Shown here: in pieces, positions 35,321 through 47,239 of the stretch
Numbering within the stretch: the first letter of the stretch is position 1
How the letters are laid out: the number at the start of each line of letters is the position of its first letter
Origin: Xylographa opegraphella
Lineage: Eukaryota
Direction: 5' to 3'
DNA: 64,000 bases
NCBI GenBank assembly: GCA_022813865.1
Contig: JALDZX010000021.1
Span: 186,001-250,000, forward strand
Notes under the pieces: generated by a model
What the model was told of the DNA's origin: nothing
Database searches by the model: none
Seen by the model: the letters and a program-made list of their open reading frames with translations, nothing else
Program-made: the position numbers and the translations under genes

Positions 35321-37141
35321 TCAAGCTGTTGAATTTTGAATCATGTCCCAATCATAGATTGTACCTATATCGGCACCAGCGGATAGAAGCTCATCAAAAA
35401 TATCCAAGCGTCCCATGCCATTTGCTTCCTTTAGGATTTTCTCCCTCATTCGAACATCCCCGAGCTTTGGGTCTGCTCCATGATCCAGCAGGTCCTGCAA
35501 CATATGAATATTACCGTTGCTGGCAGCTCTGTATATTGCACTCTGTCCATGTTGGCAGAAAATATTTGTGCTGGCACCTTTCTTTAGCAAACGTCTGACG
35601 AACGAGAAGTTGTTTCTCCAAGCTGCAAGGTGGAGGGCTGTTTCTCCAGAATTGTTTATTCTATCAACTGAAGCGCGCGTACTATGAGCAAGAATAAGTT
35701 CGAGTAGTACAGCATAATCATTCTGGTCAATCACGACCTGAAGTGCTGATATCGAATCTTCTATGTTTGAAAGTTGTGCATCATATTCCAGAAGGAGGCG
35801 AGTCATTTCCACGTCGTGATTTTCAATCGCGACAAAAAGCACTGGCTTGGTGATCCCGTACTTCATTGTTACGAATGTATTGACGTTGGCACCATTCTCA
35901 AGTAGGTGTCTCGCAACATCAAAATGGCCTGCAGATACAGCACGGTACAGTGCCGTGGTGCCGAATAGGTAATGTCCAAGAATGATACTTGTCGATTCGA
36001 TACCGTACCCCATTTCAAGTTGCAATTTGACCGCGTCTAGATTTCCCGCTGCAGCGGCCTCCAATAGTTCGTATGACGATACCCGTGAGACCACACCAGG
36101 TCCAGAACAGATGTTAGTTGACCTCCGATACACCCAACGAGAATCTCTCTTGGTGTCGCTACCTGTATCGCCACGTTCACTCAGCCATGGGCGAGATGGA
36201 CGGCTTTCAACAAGGGCGATTGTTTGTAAATTCTGCGAAGCTTGGCGTTGGGGCGCTTTCCAAGGACTGGCCCGCTTCGTTCTGAATGGCAACGGCACGA
36301 TTGTCATCTCGGAATCAGCATCACTAGCTGGTTCTCTGACTTCTTGAGAGAGCTTAAGTTTGATAGGCTTCGAGGCTCTCGAGCTAAACCACTCTGTCCG
36401 ATCCGGCTCCGTATGAGAAGATACTTCGGACTCCGACTCTAGTAAATCGTAAGTTATGAATTCGTTAATGTGCTCCATTATTGGTTCTTTGTTGTTCGTT
36501 ATTGTTTGGCTTGTAAGTCCTCCCGCTATAAGCTCTCTGCGAAAATTCTCCCAGATCCGGTCTCTATCGTTCATGCTATCGACCAAGGCGTTGTCTTCGG
36601 GGCTGCCTGTCCTAGCTTTCAAAGCCAACAGGTCAACGGCGTCAACTGGTGAGTCTACCACAGCTTCTGGAACAGCGTCTATCTTCTTATCCAAGTTCTT
36701 GACATCTTCACTCAGCCTACTATGCTGGCGAAGCGACACTTTCGCCAAAAATCCATTAAGCGTTGAGTAATTCAAAAGAAGATTCTGACGGATTTCGATG
36801 ACTTCTTTCCTGGGGAATCTGAGTCTGTCCCACAGTCCAGGCTTTGACGTCCCAAGGATTGTACGACTAAGGATGATCTTGTCAAGCCGTTTTAATACAG
36901 AATCACAGTTCCAAACAATTGACCCGAGGTCGTCGCCCCATTCTATGTCTCTCGGATTCTCAATTTCGAGATCTTGATATTCTGCTTCTACTCCTTTGAG
37001 TGTATCGTGCAAGTTCTTCACCTGTCTCGCCAAGCCCCGAAACTCTTGCGGCGCAGCCTTGCAACCATTGTACACCTTTACAGCCAATAGAATTATATCC
37101 ACCAAACTGGGGCCAACACCAACTCCGGGCGCCCAAGGCAT
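35321..37141 (-). CDS. Protein with an N-terminal HeLo-like (HELL) helical domain and C-terminal ankyrin repeats; intronless
   Basis: N-terminal pattern VDIILLAVKVYNGCKAAPQEFRGLARQVKNLHDTL...CDSVLKRLDKII...LWDRLRF...IRQNL, then IWENFRRELIAGG. About six ANK repeats (GTTALYRAVSAGHFDVARHLLENGANVN, GETALHLAAWRN, GQSAIYRAASNGNIHMLQDLLDHGADP). Confidence 0.8.
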   Translation of the reverse strand: MPWAPGVGVGPSLVDIILLAVKVYNGCKAAPQEFRGLARQVKNLHDTLKGVEAEYQDLEIENPRDIEWGDDLGSIVWNCDSVLKRLDKIILSRTILGTSKPGLWDRLRFPRKEVIEIRQNLLLNYSTLNGFLAKVSLRQHSRLSEDVKNLDKKIDAVPEAVVDSPVDAVDLLALKARTGSPEDNALVDSMNDRDRIWENFRRELIAGGLTSQTITNNKEPIMEHINEFITYDLLESESEVSSHTEPDRTEWFSSRASKPIKLKLSQEVREPASDADSEMTIVPLPFRTKRASPWKAPQRQASQNLQTIALVESRPSRPWLSERGDTGSDTKRDSRWVYRRSTNICSGPGVVSRVSSYELLEAAAAGNLDAVKLQLEMGYGIESTSIILGHYLFGTTALYRAVSAGHFDVARHLLENGANVNTFVTMKYGITKPVLFVAIENHDVEMTRLLLEYDAQLSNIEDSISALQVVIDQNDYAVLLELILAHSTRASVDRINNSGETALHLAAWRNNFSFVRRLLKKGASTNIFCQHGQSAIYRAASNGNIHMLQDLLDHGADPKLGDVRMREKILKEANGMGRLDIFDELLSAGADIGTIYDWDMIQNSTA

Positions 37142-37434
37142 GGCAAGGAAGGATCAGCTGATCGCTTTATAAGACCGATACGGGAAGGATGAATAAGTTT
37201 AGTAGATGTCTCAGCCTTGTTGTCATGCCTCGGTTGTTTATCTGCCTAATCAGCTGCCAAGACTTCGTTGTCACGTGTAAAGAGTCCACGCTAAGCCTGG
37301 TATTGATTAGCCCAATGTGGGGAATTCGCGGGGTTGCTATCCGGGGTAAGCTCCCACCACACGTGTGCACGTTCTTCAACTCTACTATCCGACTGTCCAC
37401 CAGATATCTTCCTCAAACTACAAATACCGGCAAG

Positions 37435-38392
37435 ATGAGTGCGATTGCAGAAAACACTGAGGGCCCGAACGAGGTCATCCAAGTCCTGTTCGCCCTGCAC
37501 CCTAAGTTCGACGCCCTCCACTTCTGTAACCCCTTCGAGGTCCTCAGCTATGCTCAACACAACATCCACGACTCTGGTAAACCATTTTTCATACAATTCT
37601 TCGAGGGCTCCGAGACCCACTTCGAGCACCGATATACTAACACTCCTCGCTTACCCAGCTACCAAAGCCTTCGAATGCACGGTCGCCGCTGCTGCTCCGG
37701 GCACGACCTCCTCCTCCGGCATGACCATCAAAGCCGACATCGACTACGAGGAAGCGTACGAGCGACTCTCCGAATTCGACGTGCTGATCGTCCCGGGCGG
37801 CAACGTGGACGCGGTGCTCAAAAACCAAGCCGAGCCCCTCGGACTGATCAAAGCCTTCGCGGCCCTGCAGAAGCAAGACTTCCACAAGGAGCGCACCCTC
37901 CTCTCCATCGACACCGGCTCGCTCTTCTGCGCCCAGGCCGGCGTGCTGCAGGGCCTCGCCGCCACCACGCACCCGGACCTCTACACCAAGATGGAGATCC
38001 TGTGCAAGGACGCCGCGCGCCGCGGCGACCTCGAGCAGACGGACGTCATGGAGGAGCGCTACGTCGTCAACAACGCGCGCTTCGACCTCGGCGAGAAGCT
38101 GGAGGAGAACCCGTTCGTGCTGAACAAGCGCCCGGACGGGCGCCGCATGTCCATCGCGCGCAAGGGCAGCAATGCGTGGAAGGAGTCCAAGCGGCGGGAG
38201 TCGATCGTGCGGCGCGGCTCGTTGCGCTTGGGCGGCATGCGGGTCATCACGAGCGGTGGCGTCGCGAGCGGGCTCGACGCCACGCTCTACCTCGTCGCCG
38301 CCATGGTGTCCATCGAGTCCGCGCAGGAGGTGGCCCGCATCTTGCAGTATACCTGGATCAAGGGCGTCACGGTGGAAGGTATCGATGTTTAG
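37435..38392 (+). CDS. DJ-1/PfpI (ThiJ) family protein
   Basis: MSAIAENTEGPNEVIQVLFALHPKFDALHFCNPFEVLS, intron about 37577-37658, then EFDVLIVPGG, LLSIDTGSLF, GVLQGLAATTHP, ERYVVN and VITSGGVASGLDATLYLV. Confidence 0.88.
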
Positions 38393-39094
38393 GAAGGGCC
38401 GAAAACATGGCACACACACTGGGTTGGTTCCCTGAGATTCTACACGGTGGGAGGAACGGATATAGCTCCGCGGACGGGGGATTTGTAAGATTTTCAAGGC
38501 CTTCTTAGATATCAGCCGATCTAATTAGGGTATGCTTTGGGGGGGGCGTAGCCCTAGTCACTTGATTAGAGCGAGCATCAATGGCAATATTTAGGAATGC
38601 AGTTTTTTGTATGAGACGGCTGATGCTTGTCCGGACGATCATGGGACTACTTTTGATCGGAGTAGATTGGCTGCCTAGGCTCTTCCTTGGAGAAGCACCT
38701 CTTCGGAAGCCGAGACTTGTTTTGCACAGCATCGAATGGAGCTGAAGATGTGAATGCAGGTGTTCGCCCGTCCACGTAAGGTAATGCACAAGTAACGTTA
38801 TCGGATGATCACAGAAGATATTGCTATAAAATAAGGCATGGATTGAGCCGCTTGAACACGATGGTGAAGGTTAAATGCTGTGCCAATCTCCCGCTCCTCG
38901 GCTCATACGCCACACATTTGACCTTGATATGCGAGTAGCAAGCTCTCTTCCACATGCCGCCAAGTCAACAAGCTCCACAAAGATACTCAGAACGCCGTCG
39001 CTAGAAGTGCGACCGGAAAGATACCCAACCCCTTTTCGTACAATGCCATACAAAGTAGCCCACCCGGTCAGAAAGTCATTCCCTTAAAGTAAAA

Positions 39095-42000
39095 TCAACT
39101 GCCTTGATGTCCACCCCTGGCCCTCTTCGCCCCATTAGCATGCTGACTGGCCTCTAGTCCTTCGTCCCGCGGGCGCTTGTTCGCTTGCGGAACAAATTGC
39201 TTCGCGTTTGCGCTCAGAGGACCACCTCGTGGACTGCCTTGGCTCTGTGGACTGATGTTCGAAGTATTCGTGTTCACTTGAGGTATCCCACCTCTTCCGG
39301 CTCCACGGCCCCTACCACGACCCACAGCAGTGCCGCCACGTTGTTGTTGATTTTGACTCGGCACTGCACCTCCACGACCCCCACTAGGTACAGGAAGACC
39401 GGAGTGCTGTAAAGCTTTCAATGCTGCAGGACCTGTGCCAGTGTTTATTTGCTGGGAAGGTGCGGCTTGTAAAGAATTATCAAGCAGCGTTGATGTCGGT
39501 TGGTTGGCCGTTTCCGACTGGACCCCATTGGATTTTGGTGTCTCTTCTGAAGTCGATTCCATCGCGTTCGCAGTCGGATCAGCTGATTTAGTGGCCTCGT
39601 TGGAACTTCTCGGAGCTAACGACGCTGAGAGAGGGCTAGCCGTGGCAGACTGGGTTACAGGCTGAAAATTCGATGCACTGGGTGTGGCTTGCGAGGTTGC
39701 AGGTTGTCTGCTATTGACTCCTGTTAGACCTTTTTGGCTTGGACCAGTTGGTGGCGCTTTTGCGAAAGTATTTGTGGCGGTATTTGTGGCAGGTGTTGCT
39801 TGAGCTCCGGTAGAAGATAGTACCACTTGTTGAGGCAATATGGGGGTCGGCTTGACATCCTTAGCAACTACCCACACCTCAGCCACCGGCTTTTTGGGTG
39901 TTTCTCCCGCAGCTTTTTGAATATAATCAATCTTGGCCTGAGCAGATCTCGCACGATTCTCCGCCATACTTATTTTTACGTTATATTTCTTGCCTTCCAT
40001 GACCACAGCTTGTTCACGGGCTTGGGTAGCTTTCTGTTCAGCATCGGCGAGCTTCTCGTTCATGGCTTTCGTTTGTTCTTCTTGGAGTCTAGCTGTTTCT
40101 TTGGCGGCGTGCTGTTTGATATTATTCTTCATGATTGTCTTGACTGTCGCATTCTGCTGGATAAGTCTATGGATCTCCACTTCAGTCGGCTCCCAATCTT
40201 GAGGCATTGCCGGAGGATTAACTTCCCCCTTCATGGCAGAGACATCTGTGTCATTTTTGGTCCCATCCGCTGATTTAAGTTGTTCAATCAAATCAGTTTC
40301 CTTCTTCCGTAGCTGATCAAGCTCCTCCCTGTGGCGCACTGCTAAGGCTGAAAGTTCTTGTTGGTGCTGTATGTTAAGTTCCTCGGTCACTTGCTGTCGT
40401 ATCAATGCTTTTCCGTCCGCCAATCTCTTAGATAGTTGGGTCTTCATAAGGTCCGCTCGTTTTTGGAAAGTTTCCTCTGCTTGACGAACGCGCTCATCGT
40501 GTCGTGCTGTTAACTCAGCCCTGATTTGATCGACTTGCGTAGTAAGTTGTTCAGCAAACGATGGCGAGCCCTCCCCAGTCGCCATGCGAGATGCAGATTC
40601 ACTTATGGAGGCAGTAGTTCGAAGGGCCTCGGCTTCACTCTGCGCCACTGCGAGATCTTGTCGGAGCTTCTCAATCTGGTCACCACTGGAATTACTATCT
40701 GTAATTGATGTCGCTAGTTTTGCCTGTTGCTCTTGTTGTGCTTCTAGCCTGCTGACTTCAGCATTGCTTTGTTCAAGTCGTTGTTGAAGGTCCGTCTATA
40801 GAAACCTGTTAGCATAACGTTTCACGATCAGGCGCAGTTAAACATACGATCTGCGACTGAAGCTCTGTCACCTTGAGCTGAGCAGCATTAACATCACTTT
40901 GAAGCTGTGTTGCCTTTGCAGCCTCGAGTTCTGCCTTGGAGGTGGCTTCCCTCAACTGCTCTTGCAGTACCTGCATTTCGGAAGCATTGACGATCGGAGT
41001 TTCCGTCTCGTCAACTTGACCGTCTTCAGAACCAGCCATTTGATTGACTTTGGGTACTTCTAAAACGGCAGCCTTTTGAGCGGCCACTGCCTCGTCTCGA
41101 GCCGACCTTGCGGCCTCTAGTTCGTGTTCGATTGCTTGAAGTCGTTGTGCGAGATTCTCCTTTTCTTGCGCAGCGCCCTGAAGTGCAGCGTCCTTCTCTC
41201 TAATCCGCGTATTTTGTTCACGAGCCTTAGCTTTGGACTGCTCGATAAGTTTGTGACGGGATTCTTGAAAACGCTCGTTCACCTGGTCCTGGCTTTGCTT
41301 GATTTGATCTGGGATCCCATTTACTTGCTCTTGGAGAGTTTGTTTCGAAGCGAGTAAATCATCTCGCTCAGTTTGCAGCATGGTAACCTGCTCCTTCAGG
41401 CTTTCCACTTCGGCAGGATCAATTGCATCAGTTCTATGGAGAATATCTTGGTACCTTTGCTCAAACCGTTCACGAGCCTCACGAGTCATTCTCAAATCTT
41501 CCCCTTGTGCTTCCATAGTATCTTCAAGCTCGCGAATCCTGGCTTGGAGTGGCTCAATTTGTACACGTAAGTCCTCGATAATTGTAAGCTTCTCAGCTAA
41601 TAATGCCTGTGCTTGGTTTTTTTCAAGGCGCAGCGCAACGTTGCTCTCTCTATTCAAGTTAAGTTCATTGATAGTTTCCATAAGCTTTTGATGATTCATG
41701 GCGCTTCTTTCAGAATTTTCCTCTGCACGGCGCTGTTGATTGAGTTTGAGCCGCGCCTCGTCCAGTTGGGACTGCGTATGTTCGAGCTGCTGTCTTAGCC
41801 TTTTGGTCTCTTGTGAAGATAGCTCCCATTGGATATCCACAATTTCCTTCTCGCGTCTTAGATAGCTTACAAGTTCCAGCATGTTGTCATTACCTGACGT
41901 AACATACTCTGTAGTTCCTTCAAGGTTGTCCATATCCGATGCCCGTTTTTGCTGTAGGCTTGCAATCTGGCTACTGACAGTCTCGAGTTGCTGATGCAGG

Positions 42001-45000
42001 AGTTTGTTTTGTGCATTGACATCATTCCGGCGCGCTTGAAGCTCGGTCAGCTCGCGCTCATAACGATCTTTCGCCTCAGCCCAGCTCTCTTCACTTTGTG
42101 AAAGAGTCTTCTTTGCGGATTCGGCTTCGGTCTTCAACTCAACAATCTCTAGTCTGACCCGATTGTAATCTGCTCGAAGGGTTTGTACGACCTTTGCCGC
42201 TTCAGCATGCTTCACCAATTCATTCTCATAATTCTGCTGCGCTTGCCGAGCAATCTCCGCTTGATCTTTCATGTCTTGCTGATAGTAGTGGGCAGCCGAT
42301 TCATTGCGTTCATTTGTGTCCTTGAGCTTGGTTATTTCTGCCTCCAACGCAGCCTTCTGTTCCTCAGCCTGCTGCACACTTTCGACCCTTTCAGTGCGGA
42401 GAGAATCCAATTCATCATGGAGATTCTGAATCTGCGCGCGTGAGTTTTTGATCTCTTGTTCGAGCTCCTGAATCTTAGCTTCTCCTTCTTGAATGATATT
42501 GTCCATTTCTTGCCGGTATTGATCCTGCGTTTCGTTAATACTTTGCAGCTCTTCTTCAGCAGACTGGCTAATGGCTTTATATTGATCGACTTGGGCAATT
42601 GAATTTGCTAAGTCCCGCTGAGCGAGTTCCAGATCCCGTTTGAGTTCTGAGACCTGGACAGCCAACTCTTGTTCTCTGCCGAGTGCTGTGCTACCAAGGC
42701 TCCCGCTCTGAGCATCAGAATCGAGGTTTACCGATGATTGCTGTAAAACTGTCAACCGCTCCTCCGCGCTTCGAAGATCCACAGATATCTCGTCAACCCG
42801 GGCTTGTAGAAGGTCTCGGGCGGTCTTGGTCTCTCTTAGCTCGTCTCGAGAAAGTCCTAAACTACTGACGAGATCATCAATTCTAGACTGGCTTTGCTTA
42901 TTGTCAACTTCGCGACGCAGTGCGGCCCGCTTGCCATCTTCGATCTCATCACTCAGTTTTCTCCTAGTCGCTTGTAATTCTGACTCCATTGATTCAAGCT
43001 GCGCCTGCATTTTCCGGCGACTATCGCGATCGGACTGCTCTCGTTCGTTGATTAGATTCTGCATATTGGCATTGAGTGTATTAAGCCGGTCACGGTCAGA
43101 AAGAAGATTCTGATTGTCGTCGGTGAGTCGCTTCTCAATGTTTTTCCAAAAGTCTTTCTCCGCCTTCAGGTTTGCGACTTCATTGCGCAAGCTCTCGAGT
43201 ACGCCCTTGGCTTCGACGAGATCTTCCGTCACTTGTTGAGTCCGAATATCCTGCTTAGCCGCCCGGTCTGATAATATTTGGGACCTCTTTTGCAGTTCTG
43301 CGTTCTCGCCCTTTAGCATGCTGTAGTTGGCCTGGAGCATCTCGTATCGCTCATGCGATAACGTCACCTCAATGTTTTTACGCGACACTTCACCCTTAAG
43401 CTCAGAGTTCTGTTTCGATAAGCCATCGACTTGCTCTTTGAGGACGCGGCGATCTGACGATGTCTCTTGGCGGTAGTTGTCAAAATGAGATTGCAGATCC
43501 TTAAGAAGTTTCGCATAATCGGCCATGTCTTTTGATAGGGGAGAGTTCTCCACACTATTGATATGATTGTTGCGAGAAGGTGTGGCTGGAGAGATGCCGC
43601 CATTAATAGATTCACCGAACATCGAAGCCATATCACTGCCTTGAGGTATTTGACCCCGGTGTGCCAGCATTCGTCGGAACATGTCACGTTCCCGAATATA
43701 ACTCTGAGATTGCATCATGAGAGATTTAATCTCATCTCTGCATCGTTCATATTTTTGACGTAGGCTTTGAAGCTCTTCTTGATTATCAGACGCTTGGGTT
43801 TTTTCTCTTTGTGCTTCCTCGCCCTCAAGTTTGTCACCCAGCTCGTGTGTAATTCTCAACAGCTTCGTATTCTGTTCTTGCATCTCGGCAATGTCTCTAA
43901 ATGTTGTGAGTTGCTGGCGGATGAATAGCTCCGTTGCAGTCACATCTCCAGACATCTCATTATCAAAATCACCACGAGCAAGTTGTTCCAGTCGCATCCG
44001 TTCTTCGGGGGTAAAACTCTCCAGGCCTTGGTTCTTGCTGTGAATCTCCATCAAAAGAACCTTCACCTGCGAGCCAAGATCTCGAAGCTGTTGACGAAGA
44101 ACATCGCTCTCCCTTGTTAGTCCTATGACCTGCCCCTCCCAGCTCCTTGCGTCTTTCCTTGCTTGATCGCGTTCCGTACCAATATTTTCAACAAGTGAAG
44201 ACATTTCAAGAACGTCAGCCTCTAAGCGGTCATGATCTGCTTGAAGCTCGGCTACTTCTGGCTGCCGTGACTCCATCTCTTTAATCATCTCGTCGATCGT
44301 GGTACTGAGCTTCTCGTTGCGTCGCTTCTCGGCCTCAACCTCAGCCTTTGCATTATGATAATCGGTGATCATCTGCGTCATGCTGAGACCACCTCTGACA
44401 CGAGACATATTTGGTGAAAACGTGCGTGAGGGAGAATCACCACGAACTGGAGTGCCGATTGAGTGGCCGTTAACCCTCTGAGCTGGAGTCCCTGGTTGTG
44501 TATTCGTGTCTTCGGGCATTCTATGGTCTGCTTCAAGTCTCTCGATCTGGATCTCCAATTCCGCAATTCTACGCTCAGCAGCGAGCTTGTCTTCGTGTTC
44601 CGTTTCGATTTCAGCATTTATACGACCGATTTCCGCGGATGCATCGTCCTTTGCCCGCTCCAACTGCGCAGATAGGTCTTGCTGGCGTTCCCGCTCGGTG
44701 TCTAATGATTTTCTCATCAATTCGGCGAGGCGGTTAGAAGTGTCCAGCTCCAGGCGGAAGCTTTCTTCCGCTCGGGTCGCGTTCTCTTGCAACTGCTGGA
44801 TCTGGCTCAAGAAGTCGTCAGATTTTGAATTCACCTCATCCAATCTCTGTTTTAGCGCAGTCTCGGATCTCTGCAATGTGTCCAGTGTAGTAGTTGCATC
44901 CTCGATCTGACGCTGGAGCTCCGCGATTCTCGTATTTTTATCTTTGCGAAATTTGGTGTACTCGGCTGACTTGGTCTTTAATTCCTGTTCCAACCACTCA

Positions 45001-45675
45001 TTACCGCGCTTGAGGGAGTCAATTTCCGATTGCAGACTTTGTTCACGGAATTTTGCTGTAGAAGAAGCTGCATTGGCAGACCGGATAGTTGTTTCCAGTG
45101 TAGATATCTCTTGCCTAAGCTCAATAGTCTTCTGGTGCTTCGCCGAAAGCTCTGCGGACAGATCGTTGTATGCTGTAGATTTTGATTCCAGCACAGCCAA
45201 AGTATCCCGATTAGAGGACTCGAGCGATTCGATCCTTGCCTTTAGGACAGAGTTATCCGATGTCGAAGACGTCGAGGAAGATTTGAGTGCTTGTAGCTCT
45301 GATTCCAGTCTTTGTCGTGATGTCTCTGGAATGTATAAGTTAGAAGCCGCATTGATTAGGAATATGATCATGAGTTTACTTGCCTTCATATTGAAGATTT
45401 TGTCTCAGATTCGCGACCTCTTTCAGACCTTTCTCCACCGTAGCTTTTAAAACGCGGGCTTTGGACTCAGCAGCTCGTGCGACATTCTCAAGCTCGACGT
45501 CTAGCTTAAGCTTCTCCGCTTGAACTTTTTTATGCTCGTATGATTTTGTAGTGATCTTCCCAAGGAGATCCTTCACTAGAGCAATGGTAGGTGAGGCAAG
45601 CAGTGTACTTAAGGACGTCTCGGAAAATGTAAGGTATGATGAAAGGTGAGGTAAGTCCAGCTCAACAGTCGCCAT
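39095..45675 (-). CDS. MLP1: Nuclear basket protein Mlp1/TPR (myosin-like coiled coil)
   Basis: MATVELDLPHLSSYL start, introns about 45380-45329 and 40847-40797, about 2000 aa of coiled coil. TPR-type motifs LTTFRDIAEMQEQNTKLL, YIRERDMFRRML, AQQNYENELVKHA and LVSYLRREKEIVD. Basic C-terminus (KRPRDE...KRARG). Confidence 0.93.
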
Positions 45676-46192
45676 AATGCCGGCAAAATGGGACTTTCCT
45701 CTTGCTATTTTGCCCTCTGACTGCGCATCCAACTCACTGAGACGTCTAATTCTCACAGCTTGAGGGCAGTTACATCCCGGTTCGTGGAGTGTGAGGAATC
45801 GCTTTGTTCGGGTATGGCAGATGAGAGTGTATGGAGATTCCAAGAGAAGCGAAAAGCGAAGGTTGTCTTTGGCGAAAGTGAAGGATATTGGTTGCGATAT
45901 GAGGACCTGAAGGAGTTGATCGTCCAGAGCTCGATATCTCACGGAGCACTCAAATGTTAGGGCTGTTAAGCTGCAAGGGTGGCTGGTAGGCTAGCGGACT
46001 AAACCGCTAAACTTTAAGAGGTGACGCATTTGGTTGAGGCTCACCATGAAGCCATACTCTCACACCTATGCTAATTATTAATGAGATTCAACTTCCAGGA
46101 CTTATCGCAGCGCATTGAGTGCTTGCGGACTATCTACCCTCGCAATCCAGAAACAAGCCGTGATAGTCTGGTGTAGCGGTTAAAGTTCCAAG

Positions 46193-47062
46193 ATGTCCTA
46201 CCTTGACAACCAACTCAATGCATTCAAGTCGAATCTTACGTCGGTATCACATAAGATATCCAAAAAGCGCACTGTTGGTGCGCCTGCTACCTCAAGTCCT
46301 CCACCTGCATCTTCGCAGCTGTCAACCTCAGGCAAGCATGAGCTGAAGCGCAAACGGCCTGAGCCCTCCAATGTCGTCTATTCGCAGCCCGCTGATACAG
46401 GCACGGGCAAAAACATAATGACACAAGTGACTTATGCGATTGAATATCTCAAAAGTAAGGGGACAGAGCAGACGCTGTCAGACCTATTGTCATACCTATC
46501 CCTCCAGTACACTGCAGACGAATATAAGAGGACGATTACTACTATTCTCAGAACCCATGAGAAGATAGAATATGATCCCTCTGGTTGCGGTGGCCAAGGG
46601 TCTTTCAGATTTAGACCTATCCACAATATTCGCTCAGGCGAGCAGCTTCTCGGCTTTTTGCAGTCACAGACAACAGCACAAGGTCTAAACGTGCGAGAGC
46701 TGAGGGAAGGATGGCCGGGTGCGGAAGAGGCTATCAGGAAGCTGGAGGATCAAGGCAGGGTTCTAGTTACAAGGAATAAGAAGGATGACCATGCGAAGAT
46801 GGTCTGGCCAAATGATCCGTCCTTGGCTGTACCGATCGATGAGGAGTTCAAAAACATATGGCACAAAATAAGGCTCCCTGAGCCTGGACTATTAGCAGAT
46901 GAGCTGGAAAGAGCAGGTCTAACACCGACTAACAAGGCCCGAGGACTTAAGGTGAAGCCAAAGGTACAAGAGAAGAAGACGAAGAAAGCCAGGAAGAGCG
47001 GAAAGACGACGAATGTGCACATGATGGGCGTTCTCAGGGATTATTCACATCTGAAAAAGTAG
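46193..47062 (+). CDS. TFA2: Transcription initiation factor TFIIE beta subunit
   Basis: YSQPADTGTG..IMTQVTYAIEYLK, FRFRPIHNIRS..LLGFLQ..TAQGLNVRELREGW, WPNDPS...DEEFKNIWHKI and KTTNVHMMGVLRDYS. Confidence 0.93.
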   Translation: MSYLDNQLNAFKSNLTSVSHKISKKRTVGAPATSSPPPASSQLSTSGKHELKRKRPEPSNVVYSQPADTGTGKNIMTQVTYAIEYLKSKGTEQTLSDLLSYLSLQYTADEYKRTITTILRTHEKIEYDPSGCGGQGSFRFRPIHNIRSGEQLLGFLQSQTTAQGLNVRELREGWPGAEEAIRKLEDQGRVLVTRNKKDDHAKMVWPNDPSLAVPIDEEFKNIWHKIRLPEPGLLADELERAGLTPTNKARGLKVKPKVQEKKTKKARKSGKTTNVHMMGVLRDYSHLKK

Positions 47063-47239
47063 CGAGCATGAATTTTGGCGTCGGCGATTCCCCAGCACAA
47101 TAATAATGGCGTTGTGTGATCCATTTCGACACTGTCGGATTATCATGTGCTCGTGTCAGGGCCGTTTGCACAACATGAAAGCTGCAGCACATGTGCTGTA
47201 AATCTTTCAGATCGAAATGAGCTCAAATATATGGAGCTG

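Noticed and set aside
46167..46192. TGGTGTAGCGGTTAA resembles a tRNA D-arm
   Set aside because: It runs straight into the TFA2 start codon with no anticodon or T arm.
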